Shown piece after piece: positions 1 to 16,535 of a stretch of 64,000 bases of DNA. A program made the position numbers and the translations under genes. The notes beneath the pieces were generated by a model. The model had not been told where the DNA came from. It saw nothing but the letters and a program-made list of their open reading frames with translations, and made no database searches. Position 1 is the first letter of the stretch; the number at the start of each line of letters is the position of its first letter. This stretch comes from Podarcis gaigeae (lineage: Eukaryota), in the NCBI GenBank assembly GCA_964106915.2, contig OZ066921.1. One strand, 5' to 3'.

Positions 1-272
1 GTTTGAATCCCTGCGAAGGGGTGAGCTCCCGTTGCTCGGTCCCTGCTCCTGCCAACCTAGCAGTTCGAAAGCATGTCAAAGTGCAAGTAGATAAGTAGGT
101 ACCGCTCCAGCGGGAAGGTAAACGGCGTTTCTGTGTGCTGCTCTGGTTCACCAGAAGTGGCTTAGTCATGCTGGCTATTGGCTCCCTCGGCAATAAAGCG
201 AGATGAGTGCCGCAACCCCAGAGTCGGCCACGACTGGACCTAATGGTCAGGGGTCCCTTTACCTTTACCTTT
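1..272 (+). mobile_element. Sauria SINE (cut at the window edge)
   Basis: Characteristic body (cctgccaacctagcagttcgaaagca...gtagat..taggtaccgct) and (ACCTTT)n tail. Confidence 0.88.
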
Positions 273-555
273 ATATGCATTACAGTGAGGACTAGAATCT
301 TGTTTTATTTTTAGGGAAAGGCCATAGCTCAGTAGCAGAACACTTGCTTTGTTTTAGGTCCCCAGGGGCATACCAGGTAGGGCTGGGAGAGACGCCTCAA
401 ACTCCAGAGAACTGCTGCCAGTCATTTAAGGCAATGCTGAGCTAATCTGATGTTCTAACTTGGTAGAAGGCAGCTTCCCGTGCCCTGCGATGCTGGATTC
501 TGGACACTGGTCCTGTGCAGGTCACCTCTTTACATTTCTTCTTTCTTTTTCCTAG

Positions 556-4551
<3,996 letters not shown>

Positions 4552-6990
4552 GCCCTGCAGACCCGACCGGCTCCTCCCTTCGCTTCACTTCCTTTGCTGC
4601 CTGTTCTTGACGCTTGTAAACAGAAGCCAGGCTCATGGCGAAGCAGGCGCCGAGGCCTCCTTTCCGGGGCTGCCGCCTGGTTTCCAGGCAACGAACTGAC
4701 GCCCAGCCCTAGGAACGGTTAGCTGGTTTTTCACGTCCAGGATTTCAATGCTGACAAGTTTCGGAAGCCGCGGCTGTGGTTGAGGCCGAGCCTCTTCCGT
4801 GGGGCAGCAGTAAGTCCTTCCAGTGACCAGACCCTCACTTTTATTTTTAGAAGGAAAAAAAAACAGCAGGAATACGAACACACACACACACAAAAGCCTT
4901 CCAAGTTTGCAATAACAGAAGCAGCCCATTTTAATCCAAAGACAACTGTTCCGATTCTGGTTTTAATGAAACACTTAAAAAAAATATTGAAGGGGTGTGG
5001 GGAGACTGTAGGACTGATCCATGATGACAAAAGAATTTCCAGCTGGGTTGGGCCCTGAAATGATTGGGGTTGCGTCTTTTATCCTTCCCATAAGGCTGTT
5101 ACAAAAAGGAGGTTTGATATTTTCTTAAAAGGTCAGTGATTGAGGACCCCTATCCTTTAACACCCAAATCTAATTTGCCTCTCTGTCAGTTACCGTTCCT
5201 CAGCAGGAGGAGAGAGGTGGCTGCAGCCAGAGGGGAATCTGAGAGAAGTGAGTCAGTTCAGAAAACAGCAAGCATTGCATTTTTAATCTTTTTTTGGTTT
5301 GGCGGAGCAGAGGCCCTAAAAGGCTCAGGCACGGGAGCTGACTCTCGCAGGGCCATGCCCCTTTCTGACCCTGCAGTGTGATAGTGTCTCTCGCTTGTTT
5401 GGCTGGGGAGAGGCATCCGTATACATATACATATATGTGTGTGTATCCACCTCTGATTTTGCATGTCTGAAAGGTAAACTACAAAGAGGAATGTTTGTTG
5501 CTCTGCCCACTTTTGACTCTGGTTGTATCCAGAATGTGGCCCTCAGCCTGGAAGTTTCTCCACTGTTGCCCTAAAGCTATCATGCAGCCATTTGTTCCCT
5601 CTTTAAAATTGTAGGGGGGGGGGGCAAGACCCTTGAGGCTATTATGTCATGGTGAGAGTCTTTTCACGTGTCCTGGCTGGCTCCACATAGCTTAGCTTTT
5701 AGTGGACAACCACATGTTGGGATGGGAGGAAACAAAGCAGACATAACCCAAGGTTTCCCTGTTCAGCCCTAATGCCCTCCCTCCTTACTGCTTCCCCACC
5801 CTATGAGGAGAGTCCAGCTGGATCAGGCCCAAAGGTCTGTCTGATCATTACATACCCTGTATTCAAATGGTGACAAATGAGCTGCCTCTACTGAGGTCAC
5901 AAGGGGAGGGCGTGAAGTTGACAAGCACCCCGCTTGCTTTTTGCCCACCTCTGCTCTTCAAAGGTAGACTGCTCCTGAAGACAGAGGTTCCACTAACCAG
6001 TAGCCATGGAAACAGAAGTCTAGTGCTGGAAAGGACCTCCTCTCTTGTCTAAATTCCTTTTAGAGCCCTCTAAGCCAGCCGGTGGCCACGGCTGTTCCTT
6101 CTGCCAGCAAATCCCAGACATTTAATGACATGCGGTGTGACAAATGCCTTGGAAATGGGGGCAGGAGAGGAATCCAAAAGAACACCCCGAACCTCACATA
6201 TTGATCTCTTTTCACCAAAAGGCTCCATAAAGACACAGTTCTATTGTGTCTGCTGCAGAGGGCCTCTGGCAAGCTCCTCTCCTCTCCCTTAGCACCCTGG
6301 ACTCACTGAAATGACAGAGACTCAGTGAAAAATGGCTGCACACATTTCCTGCTTACTGTGTATAGACTGGAAAATATTTATATTATATATATATATATGT
6401 ATTTTATTTTGTTCCACCATGTTAATAGAGCACTAAGTTATAGTGTGGTTTCAGATGGACAAGCAACTTTACTGTAAATAAATATATGATAAAACAGATC
6501 TTAGGTCCTCTAGCAAGAGTTGTATTTGACTAAGATGACTGTTTGTTTGTTTGTATAGATAAAATTAATATGCACTGTAGTGGCATCTGAATGCACTGAC
6601 ATTTTAGACCTTCCTCCATATAGTCAACTACCCCAAGCCCTTAAAGGACCCTGAGCAAGTGTGTTTTTTGAATAGAAGCTCTTGGCAGGTTTGCAAAAAA
6701 TGAAAGTGAGAAAATGGACACACAGCTATTTAAAAATAAGTATTTTTGAAATTTATTTTTCTGTTTTTAAATTGAAGACACGACCACACTTGGGGAAAAA
6801 GGACAATATGTTTTTAGGAATTGCAAAGAAAATGAAATGTTAACTTTTTGCATTTGCTGTGTATGGTGTGATGTCAGAATGAACTCCTTTCTAAAGTGCC
6901 AATGGTTAAGGGGTGGGAGGGTAAAGAGAAGAAAAAAAAGACACACAGAAAGGAGAACCTTGTATGGAAAGAATAAATGAAATGAGCGTT
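4552..6990 (+). other. SLC2A1: SLC2A1 3' UTR, candidate poly(A) signals AATAAA at 6477-6482 and 6972-6977
   Basis: Follows the stop codon; AU-rich block 6358-6490; 3' end inferred from the signals only. Confidence 0.6.
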
Positions 6991-7886
6991 TGAGAACCCT
7001 GGACTGTGTCATGTGGTTTCATTTCAGCCCTTGCAGGAAATCCTGTGCCTTGAGGGGGAGGGGTCAGCCTGGCCTTGGGGGGTCCTCTGAAGGAATCTCC
7101 TGCCTGCTCACCTTGAGGGTTGAAGGCCACTCCTCCATTGGCCCTCTACTTTCTTCCCTGAGGGAATTCTCAGCGAGCTGCTATAATAAATCTGGAACAT
7201 CATTCCCTCCCACAGCAAGTGCATGCGGGTCTCGTTCCTCCCTACATCCAGTTGCTCCTGGGCTACCCAGAGCAATCATGGCTTAGCATATTGCCTGAGC
7301 TTGAGCTCTGGGGTTTGCCTTGTTCTAGCCAAACCATGCCCCATATAGACATGGGTGCAACTGTACGTTCATATGCACAGAGATTTTTTTTAAAAAAAAC
7401 CCAGTGTGGTGGTTAATTTTCACAACTTTAAATTTTGTGCACTGGGTGACTTGGGACAGCAGTGAGGGCACAGAGCCCCCTAGATACAGTTAAAGGCCAC
7501 GCTTTGCTTTCAGCTTCAGCAGCTCCCCTTGGGAGGGTGTGTGTGTGAGTTTTTCTCTTCCATGTAGCCGAGGAATCTGAAGCAACTGGCTCTGCAAAGG
7601 ATGTCTGGGTCCTGCCTGCTCTCTGCCCAAGGCATATTTAGCATCGTCTGGATTTTGTTAGTCAGCTGGTGGGGGGCTCAGATGGGAAGATAAGTGGCCT
7701 CTGGCAATTGGAAAGAAATAGACTGGAGGTTCATCTGCTCCTCTCCAGGTTGAAGAATATAATCTACAGATATATCTCAGAAGTGCCAATTTAATTAAAA
7801 CTGGAAGTAGAAACAGGAAAGGATGATTAGCGACTGGCATCTAATGTTCATCTGGGAAGCCAGGCCTGAGGGTGGCAGTGGTGGGT

Positions 7887-8006
7887 CTATTTTGCATAAA
7901 TTGGTTTGGATTTCAACAATTTAACCAATTGGTGAAGTGATTCGCTTGGTTCATACTTGGGCAGCTTCTTCATAACTTGCAGGAGTTTCATCACAAGTTC
8001 ATGAGC
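7887..8006 (-). CDS. ZMYND12: ZMYND12 exon 8 (last)
   Basis: ctcag|AHELVMKLLQ...KSKPIYAK*; ATTAAA on the minus strand at 7790-7795. Confidence 0.85.
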   Translation of the reverse strand, partial: AHELVMKLLQVMKKLPKYEPSESLHQLVKLLKSKPIYAK

Positions 8007-11000
8007 CTGAGAGTGGCAAGCAAGAGGAAGAGAAGGAAGGAAGGAAAGAACATGCAACATTATTCCTTAGCAATTGTTAAAAATGATACTTTCTTTCAAC
8101 TGCCTGATTCCCATTAGCCCTGCCCTGGCTCCAGTTAACATAATATTCTTTTCCTCACACAATCTCTGTTGTTGGATGGAATGGGGCTGATCATCAATTG
8201 CTTCTTTAAATAGGTAAGCTGGGCATGCAACAGAATGTTGCATCACAAAGCACTCCTGTCTGTTTCTCCAGCAATGCCCCTGGGAACCACATTGTGTCAT
8301 AATGTAACATCATTCCCATTGGGCCACTAGGGGGAAGAAGAGGGGAGGGAACTCTGCTGCTGTTTCAAGTGGCAATGAGTAGTTTAGCAAAGTGTTTTCA
8401 TTAAAGAAAAGGAAGCAGGCAAAAGGCCTTGTTGGAGCAGATCAATTCAGCATCCCATTTCCCACAGCAGTTATCAAAATCCCTACAAGAAGCCCACAAG
8501 TAAGACCCTCTCCTGCTCATGACTCCATACAACTGACACTCAGAGGCATATTGCTTCCACCACTGGGGGAAGAACATAGCCATTGATATACTGTGGCCAG
8601 TAGCCACCAATAGCCTTATCTGCCATGGATTTGTCTGTCTATCTTTTAAAGCCATCCCAGTTGTTGGCCATTGCTAGTTCTTACAGGGGCATTTTCCATA
8701 GTTTAAGCTATGCATTGTGTGAAGAACTAATTTCTTCGTCTTGAATCTTCCAACATTCAGCTTCATTAGATGTCTCAAGTTCTAGTGTTATGGGACAGGG
8801 AGAAAACATCTCTCCAACCACACAAATGCATCATTTTATACTCTCTCCTTTTTTCCACAATGAAAAGCCCTTTCCTCAGGAGCAACTCTGCCAGCCCTTG
8901 GATCATTTCATTTCCTCTTTTAGGTCCCTCTTCCTGGTCTACAATGTCTCGTTTGAGGTGTGGCACTGAGAAACAACCTAAGTGGGTCTCCCCATCTATT
9001 CGTACAAAGGTCGCTACAATACTGGCAGTTCTATTTTCAATTCCTTTCCCAATGATGTCCAACAAGACATTTCCCTCTGTAGCCTCCTCTGAACATAATA
9101 AGCACTGAAAACACACACACACACCAAAAATTAATCCGCTCCGAGTATCATTCCATGTTCGGTACCACATCTGCCTCTTTAATTTGTCAAGAGGAAAAAT
9201 TTCAGAAGAAATATTTGATCCAAAACTAGGAAAGAGCAGACCATGCTGCACTAGGTGGGCAAATAATCTGACCTGGCGTAAGTTCTAGGTTTCAAGGGGC
9301 CAAGCACAAACTGGTCAGAGGGCAGCAACAACTCGAGCAGCTGGGTCTAGCCCCCATTTTAATTTCCCATGCTGCACTCTATTCAGAATGCTGGGCCAGA
9401 ACGAGCGGGGGAAAAACTACACAAAGACCAGAGCAAACATTGCTGGCAGGCCCTGGCAGGATGCAATTGCTTAGGGATGCCGGGTGATGACACTGGTCTG
9501 GCATATGTGATGTATTTCAACCCAAACAGACACCATTGTCAACTTGCCTTTGGCACATCCAGGATCAAGTAATGAAACATGGCCAGAGTATGGAGGATCT
9601 TGGCTATTTGAGCCAGCTGAGGTCGCGGAGACTGCTCTCGGATCTCTAAGATGGCGCTCAGCATCTGTTTTGCTTCAGCTCGCTGCTTTGCATCTGTAAG
9701 GGAGAAAGGGAACTCCATGAGGATCTACTGCAGTCAAGGGAGCACGGTCCATCTCTGGGCCTGGCTGGCCTGGCTGACCTGTTTAGGCAAGAGCCTTACC
9801 AAACCAAGCTGAAGGGGACCTTTCTCTTTTTAGCACAATGGATCGGGCTGTTATCTCATCCACCCCTTGTAGGCAAAGTTTCCATGCACCTGTCAAGATT
9901 GCTTACTTGTCAATCATTAGGACATCAGGTGAAAAGCTCCATTTGTACACTGGCTTGAGAAGGTTTTGCAGGGCATTACCGACTGCTGGTTGACAGTGCC
10001 TGCAAACACTGTTTTGGCTGAGCTCAGTCTTCACCTGCCCTCTGTGCCTGATGTTGTATACAATGGTGTCATATATGACACCAGGTGCAGGGCAGGTGAG
10101 TGTGACATGGCCAAAATGCCCATGTGAGCCTGGAGAGCCTAAAAAGGCTCATGGGATGAAGGCCCCTCACCTCTAAGAGAAAGCAAAATACAGATATGTG
10201 GTAAAAAGAGGTGCCTCGTATGGTTGACTGAATCTGCACCCACTTGCGGATGTTATAATACCTCAGAAAAGGAACGGGGAGGAATATTGTTTCTTTTTCA
10301 GAAGATGTAGCCATGTGCCACAGTCAGCAGGCTCAGAAGAGGCATCTCTCTGCCTTGCCCCCACCTAACTCTCTGGCAGGAGGAGGGAAGCAGCCTGAAT
10401 TTTAAACCACCCCATTTTCTTGGAATGGGGAGAAGGGGGAGCCATCTGAAAGAGTGGAAGTTACCAAGGACTTCTTCTGTAGTCTCCTCTTCTTCCGCAA
10501 GCATATCAAGTTCTGCCGGGGTCATAAGTGTGTGGTACTGGAGGCTGATGAAGTGGCTGAAATGGTGGTGCCAAATATTGGTCACCTGATGAGAAGAGGG
10601 CTCATTAAGCAAGGAAGAAAAGGGTGTGGTGATCCCTATCCCCTTAACGTCCACTGTATGTTGGGGCCACCTTTGAAAATTTCTTGGGACTGATCCAGAA
10701 TATAGCTGCTATATCCCCCCACTTCCGCTACCAACAATGCACAGCTGGCTGTGTGTGAGCTTGAGAAAAACAACATTTTCCCATGGGGATATGACACAGA
10801 GGGGAGATAGAACCTGAGATGAGGCTGCTGCGTTCAGCATCACCTCTACTTCAAGCCGACTGACCTCGGTGTACAGGGAATCAGCAATGTCCATTCTGTT
10901 CTGACGGAAGAAGACATTGGCCATGTGGAAATACCCTCCTGAGACAGCCATGTGGTTCGTTCCAAAGGCACAAGAGGAAAAGTAAATCTGAAATGGGATA

Positions 11001-14000
11001 AATATATTTATTTATTTCAGCTATTGGTACACCACTGAAATCGCCAAAGTTTCTAAGGGCTCTACAGTGAGATTATTGAAAACATACAATGGATAAAATC
11101 AACTAAAATTATTTTTTTTAAAAAAAACCAACTACCATAGATAGCTCAGTCGGTAGAGTTCAAGTCACATGTTGGGCAAAAGATTCCTGCATTGCAGGAG
11201 ATTGGACTAGATGACCCTTATGCTCCCTCCCAATTCTACAATTCTATAAAAACCAGAATATTATCTATATGGGTCAGCTATCTATATGGGTTATCTATAT
11301 GTGTTATCTATATGGGTCAGATGGAAGTGAATCTGAAATATGGAACAGAGAAAAGTTATATATAGGGCTGTATCCAACTGAGTTAAACTAAAAATAGACC
11401 CAGTGAAATTCACAAGCCTATATTAGGAATGTTTACTCACTTCAATGGGACTACTCTGAGTAGCATCAACACTGAATACAACCACTAGTTTATTGGGTGC
11501 AAGTTCTGTTGGAGCAGGAGCATGCAAAGTTCATTAATTTATTGACTGCATGTACATCTCTCATATAAAGTTATAAGCCGTATAAGGTTCTACCCTTTCA
11601 GTTCCCACAACAATCCTGTGAGGTAGGTTAGGCTAAGAGGCAGTAACTGGCCCAGGGTCACTCCAGTGAACCTCATGGTCGAGAGGGGATTTGAACTGTG
11701 GTCTCCCAGATCTTAGTCTGACACTGTCTCTGAGTCACTTTGTCTAAATGACCTAAGAGATTCTTCTAGCTGGACTGGGAAAGATATCTTGCTCTGTCAG
11801 AAATCTCAGAAAACCACTGACAACTGTAGTTCATATGCAAAGCTACTAAACAGTAGTATGACTTGGTACAAGACAGCTGTATATACCTTGGGACTGGGTG
11901 GGGAATGACAATTGGGGGAAATGGCAAATGTTTAAGGAGTGATGCTTTGTGTGGAGAAAGCAGAGAGGGAAAAGTGACTCTCCACCTCACATGATGTTAG
12001 AATTTGGGGTCTATCAGTAAGAGTAGGAGAGAGAAGGGAAGCTTTTCTTCAAAGAATTAACTGATGGAACATGATGCGACCACTGCTGCTAGCTTAGACG
12101 GCTTTAAAAGGGGATTATACAAATTGATGGTCTAACCATGGGGATCAGCAATGAGAGTTAAATGAAACCTCCACCTTAAGAGGCAGTCTACCTCTGAAAA
12201 TCAGTTGCTGCTGATGTGGGAAACAGCCACAGTGGGCTTCTGGCCTCCCCCAGAAGTACCTGCCAGTCAGTTTGGAAGAGAGGATGTGGGATTAGATGGC
12301 TCTTTGAATGGATCTAGCAGGGCTCTTCGCATGTCCATGTTTGTTCACTGAAGGCCTGAAACAACCAAAGAAAACCTCAACCAAGGTCAGGTTACCCCAA
12401 AATGTGGGTAACAGCCTTGAGCATTATTCTACAAGTCTTGTAGTCTTTTGCTATGGCCTGGAGACCGCCTTGAGGATCAGGTCACAATTTCTACTATCCA
12501 AGTCACTAGTTAGGGTTTTTTCCAGCCTACTAAAGTGAGAAACCAGAGAAGACATTTCAAGCTGTGGCAGGTCAAGAAACAGGAGGCAGCTCTGTGTAGC
12601 CATTTGGTGGGCAACATGGGTCCAACTAGCACTTTAGCAGAGGCTTACGTCATTAGCCAGGTGGTACAAAGAGTCCTCAAAGTTCCCTTTGGCGGCATGA
12701 AGGAGGCCCAGGTTGCGATGAAAGTCAGACTGAATGGCGTTGCTGCAGTGGGAATTCTTGAGGATAATCCACTGGGCTTGTGAGAGGTACTCCTCTGCTT
12801 GGGTAAGGTGCCCGAGGCCTGGCAGGAAGGAGAGAAGCCAAGAAAAAGTCAGCAATCTGTGGTGGTCTGTGTCTGTAGTGCAAACAGTATCCTGATCAAG
12901 ATCTTGGAAAACCCTGAGACATCTTGAGAGAGCACCCCAGAGCCTGTGAACTGAGTAGGACTTGCCTGGTAAGCAAGGCAGAGAGCTTAAAAGCTATTCC
13001 TGCACTAGGAAAAGAGAGTTTTTGCTGATGCAAAAAAGAATTTTTAAGATCTCCACCTTGTCTGCATTTAATTTGTGCAATTTCAACCAGGAGGCTTCAA
13101 CTGTGCAGAATTGATTCCGCACAACTTAAACATGTGCAAGTTGTGATCATACTGTATATATCTGCTCTCTGCATTGATTTGGGGGGCAAAGCCCACTCAG
13201 CACAGGCAACAGAAAGGTAAGGATGCTCACGTGGGGGTGGTTCCAAGGGGGCAGCTTGAGTATACACGTTTTGTTGTATACACGCCATCCCCGCAACGTA
13301 ATCCCTGCACAAAACACGATTACAATGTTTTTTTAAAAAAGAGACCATTGTCCCTATCTAGAAATTGACACAGAACTACTTCAGCACAGCTCCAGCCAAA
13401 CTCACCCAGACCTGCCTCAGCTAAAATGAGGTACGCTGGCACCAGTTCCACAGCATTTGAACTGTGTACACTGATGCTGAACTTCAGCGAATGCAACGCA
13501 GCTGGAATGGCATCTTCGTGTTTGCCTTCAAGAAGAAAATTCTGAGCGACTGCCTGGGTCAACTCGGCCAGGAATTTCTGTGGACAAGCATGGATTGTTA
13601 AGCCACTCTCAGGTACACACACAAACACACACACACACACACACACACACAGATTTTATTGTTGGCATTTCTGATGACTAGTTTTGGTACTTGAACTGTT
13701 CTAGCCACCAGTTTGCTTCGGGGCCTATTCTGACCTATAAAACCTGACACATCTCAGGACCCCAACACCTCAAGGATCGCCACTCCCTATTTGAACTGAA
13801 TGGGACCCTGCTGTTCATCCGTGAACCTCTCGGACCTGGACCACTTCCTCACCTCTCTTCTTAACTTCTGCTCTCGCCCATGCTTCCTTTCTTCCTCCGA
13901 ATTGTAATAGGGTAACGTTGTACGCAAAGGGATGAGAAGTTGACATATTTTCTCATGGATGCTGACCCAATCGGCACTCTGGTGTTCTACGTCACTGAGA

Positions 14001-15805
14001 AAAGATAAGAGACATGGCTATTAGCAGCGCAAATTGTGATGCGTGCATCAATTATAATATTAGGTAATTTATATAGTGCTTTTTGCCAAAATAGGCTTTA
14101 AGCAGTTTACTAGTATAAAAAACAACTGTTTATTAATTTTATTTCTTTTTAATTAATGGAATTGATAGTCTGCTTAATTGCAAAAACCTGTAAGTATTGT
14201 ACATAAAATATTCTCTTAAAATTATCACTAAAACCTACGAGTTATACACAAGCTTGTCATTAAAGTTGATTCATAAATGCTACATGACTCCTAGAAAACT
14301 CTCACATAAAAATGAATCTGCATCCCCAAGGTGTTGTAGGGGATGTACAGAAATTGGATAAACTTCCACCTATGGTAGGGATGTACTAGAGTGCAATAAT
14401 TTTAGGCAACAGCATGCAGAGAAATTGCTAAGATCCTAAACTGCCACATTATCCCAACTTCTCAGCTACCACTTTTATCTATATTTGTCAAGAGTAACAA
14501 AAAACGCATCTGCTATAGTGGCTAGAATGACAATCACACAATTTTGGAAAAATTTAGAAAGGGCCAATCTTACCACCTGGTACACTAAAGTGTTGGATAT
14601 TACCCTATTTGAAAAAATAAACAATTTCTTTATTGTTCTGGTGTATATCCTGCATCTCTTTACATAACACTCAAGGTAGCTTCAGTTCCTTGGAGGAAAG
14701 GTGGGATATAAATTAATAAATGAAATAATGGGGGGGACGGACGGATGGACATTGACAATCAGAGATAGAAAGAACAAAAAATAGTGACCAGTTTAAAGCA
14801 TCCCGATCAGTGACAGAGAGAAATTTTGCTTGCTTTTTATTTAATATATTTGTATTTATTTCTTACATTTATACTGCACCTTTTTTCCAACCAGGAATTC
14901 AAGGTGGTCTCCCTACCCTCATTTAATCCCCACAACAACCCTGTGGAGGAGTGGGGATTTGAGCACTGGTATCTCTGGCACTCTAACCACTACACCACAC
15001 AGTCTCTCTACATCAACTATATCTATATATCTATTTCTCTACATATAATCTCAAGGAACAGAAATAATAGTGTGCATATATGCGGTAAAACTGTCAGTTT
15101 TATCCATATTTGGGTTTTATCATGCTTACAGTTTCCTTATTATCAACAAATATTTTATATTCTTTGTAAACCACTTGGAGGTTTTTTCTTTCTTTCCTTA
15201 AGCGGTACATAAATCTTGTTAAAAAAATAAAACAAATAAAATATAGCCAAAAAGCTTGCTCTGCTTATGGATCCATTCCCGTCATTCAAAATTGATTAAA
15301 GGGGTTGCTGGATAGACCTTTAAAAAGCTACACATCACCAGACCTGGCCCTTCCTTATTCTTGTCGGACTGGGACCTGGGAGAGACCAGGGTTCGCATCG
15401 CCGCTTGGTCGCCTTCAAGCTCACCCCTCAGCCTACAACCTACTTCACAGGGTTGTCGTGGGGGATTAAAAACGAGGGTAGGCAGAACCATGTAAGCCAC
15501 CTTGAGAAAAAGGTGGCATGTAAATGCCAAATAAGTAAATAAATAAATAAATAAGCCCACAGGAGGCGACCGCCCCTGAGGACGCCGCTCCATAGCACCT
15601 CCCCAGCTTCACCCTACGAATGCCTGCCTGCATGCCGTGCCTACGGGCGTAGGTGGGGGCAGAGAAGGAGGGAGCGCGGCCCCGCTCACCAGTAGTAGGT
15701 GACAGCGCAGGATCCGCAGCGCAGCGTGGCCGGCCCGCGGCACAGTTCGCAGAAGAGCTTCTGCCCGCTAGGCAACGCGAGCGGCACCAGCTGCCGCGTC
15801 TGCAT
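7887..15805 (-). CDS. ZMYND12: Zinc finger MYND-type containing 12, complete, 369 aa: complement(join(7887..8006,9548..9693,10465..10585,10865..10987,12649..12818,13406..13577,13853..13994,15690..15805))
   Basis: MYND finger CELC...CGSC...YYC...HQSADWVSIHEKIC, then EGKHEDAIPAAL, AEEYLSQAQW, YHLAND|IYF, SGGYFHMAN; exon phases compatible, 1110 bp total; head-to-head with PPCS. Confidence 0.95.
9548..9693 (-). CDS. ZMYND12: ZMYND12 exon 7, followed by a GC donor
   Basis: (D)AKQRAEAKQMLSAILEIRE...LAMFHYLILDVPK|gcaagt, 146 bp. Confidence 0.88.
10465..10585 (-). CDS. ZMYND12: ZMYND12 exon 6
   Basis: VTNIWHHHFSHF...EEVL, 121 bp. Confidence 0.88.
10865..10987 (-). CDS. ZMYND12: ZMYND12 exon 5
   Basis: IYFSSCAFGT...GGYFHMANVF...SLYTE, 123 bp. 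Confidence 0.93.
12649..12818 (-). CDS. ZMYND12: ZMYND12 exon 4
   Basis: LGHLTQAEEYLSQAQW...YHLAND, 170 bp. Confidence 0.93.
13406..13577 (-). CDS. ZMYND12: ZMYND12 exon 3
   Basis: KFLAELTQAVAQ...ELVPAYLILAEAGLG, 172 bp. Confidence 0.93.
13614..13651. repeat. (CA)n microsatellite
   Basis: Directly visible. Confidence 0.9.
13853..13994 (-). CDS. ZMYND12: ZMYND12 exon 2
   Basis: DVEHQSADWVSIHEKICQLLIPLR...; ag/gt boundaries, 142 bp. Confidence 0.93.
15690..15805 (-). CDS. ZMYND12: ZMYND12 exon 1
   Basis: ATG at 15805, MQTRQLVPLALPSGQKLFCELC...TYY; TG|gtgagc. Confidence 0.92.
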
Positions 15806-16018
15806 CGCTCCGACGCATCGGTTGCTAGGGGAGCCGTCGCTAAGGCGGCGGGCCGGACTTCCGACACGCTCCTTCTGCTTCTGGCACAACCAACCAATCC
15901 TGAAGCCTCAAGGGAGCGCCCATAGAGAAGAAGCGGCTAGAGCGACACACGCAGCATGAAAGCACCTCTCCCGGAAGCGGAAGTAGCGCAAACAGAAGCA
16001 GCTGCAACGCTCGCGGCC
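15806..16018. promoter_or_regulatory. Bidirectional CpG-island promoter ZMYND12/PPCS
   Basis: 213 bp between divergent ATGs; CCAAT 15894-15898; tandem ETS/GABP site CCGGAAGCGGAAGT 15971-15984; RFX-like CGGTTGCTAGGG 15819-15830; CpG-rich from ~15560 to 16620. Confidence 0.85.
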
Positions 16019-16535
16019 ATGGCCGAGCAGGTGCCTCCGGTGCCTCCCGTGGAGGTCGAGGCGGAGCGGCGCGTGCGGGCGTGGGCAGAGGCGCAGCGGG
16101 CGCGGGGCCGTCGCGTGGCGCTGGTGACGTCGGGCGGGACGCAGGTCCCGCTGGAGGCGCGAGCCGTCCGCTTCCTGGAGAACTTCAGCAGCGGGCGGCG
16201 CGGGGCGGCCTCGGCCGAGAGGCTGGTGCGCGCCGGCTACGGCGTCTGCTTCCTCTACCGCACACGGTCGGCTTTTCCCTGGGCGCGCGCCCTGCCGCTC
16301 AGCGGGCCCGCGCTCCTGGACGTTCTGCGCGTGCACGATGGTGACGGCAGCGGCGGCGCAGGTGGGCAGCGCGTCGTGGTCGACTGCAGCGGTAGCGCGC
16401 TGCCGGACCTCGTGCCCGCGCTGCTGGCCTACCACCGCGCCAAGGAAGAGGACGCCCTCCTGGTCCTCGAATTCACCGGCCTGGTGGAGTACCTGGCGCT
16501 CCTGCGCGCTGCCGCCCGGGCCCTCGCACCGCTCG
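16019..16535 (+). CDS. PPCS: PPCS exon 1
   Basis: ATG 16019 (another in-frame ATG at 15956); CTC G|gtaagc. Confidence 0.93.

Noticed and set aside
11258-11322. Short direct-repeat array (TATCTATATGGG-like units), superficially CRISPR-like
   Set aside because: Simple local tandem duplication with no unique spacers, in eukaryotic intronic DNA.
15956-16018. 21-aa N-terminal extension of PPCS from the upstream in-frame ATG
   Set aside because: Overlaps the ETS promoter motifs and may lie upstream of the TSS; ATG 16019 has a stronger Kozak context and matches the MAE start recalled for human. Not excluded without CAGE.
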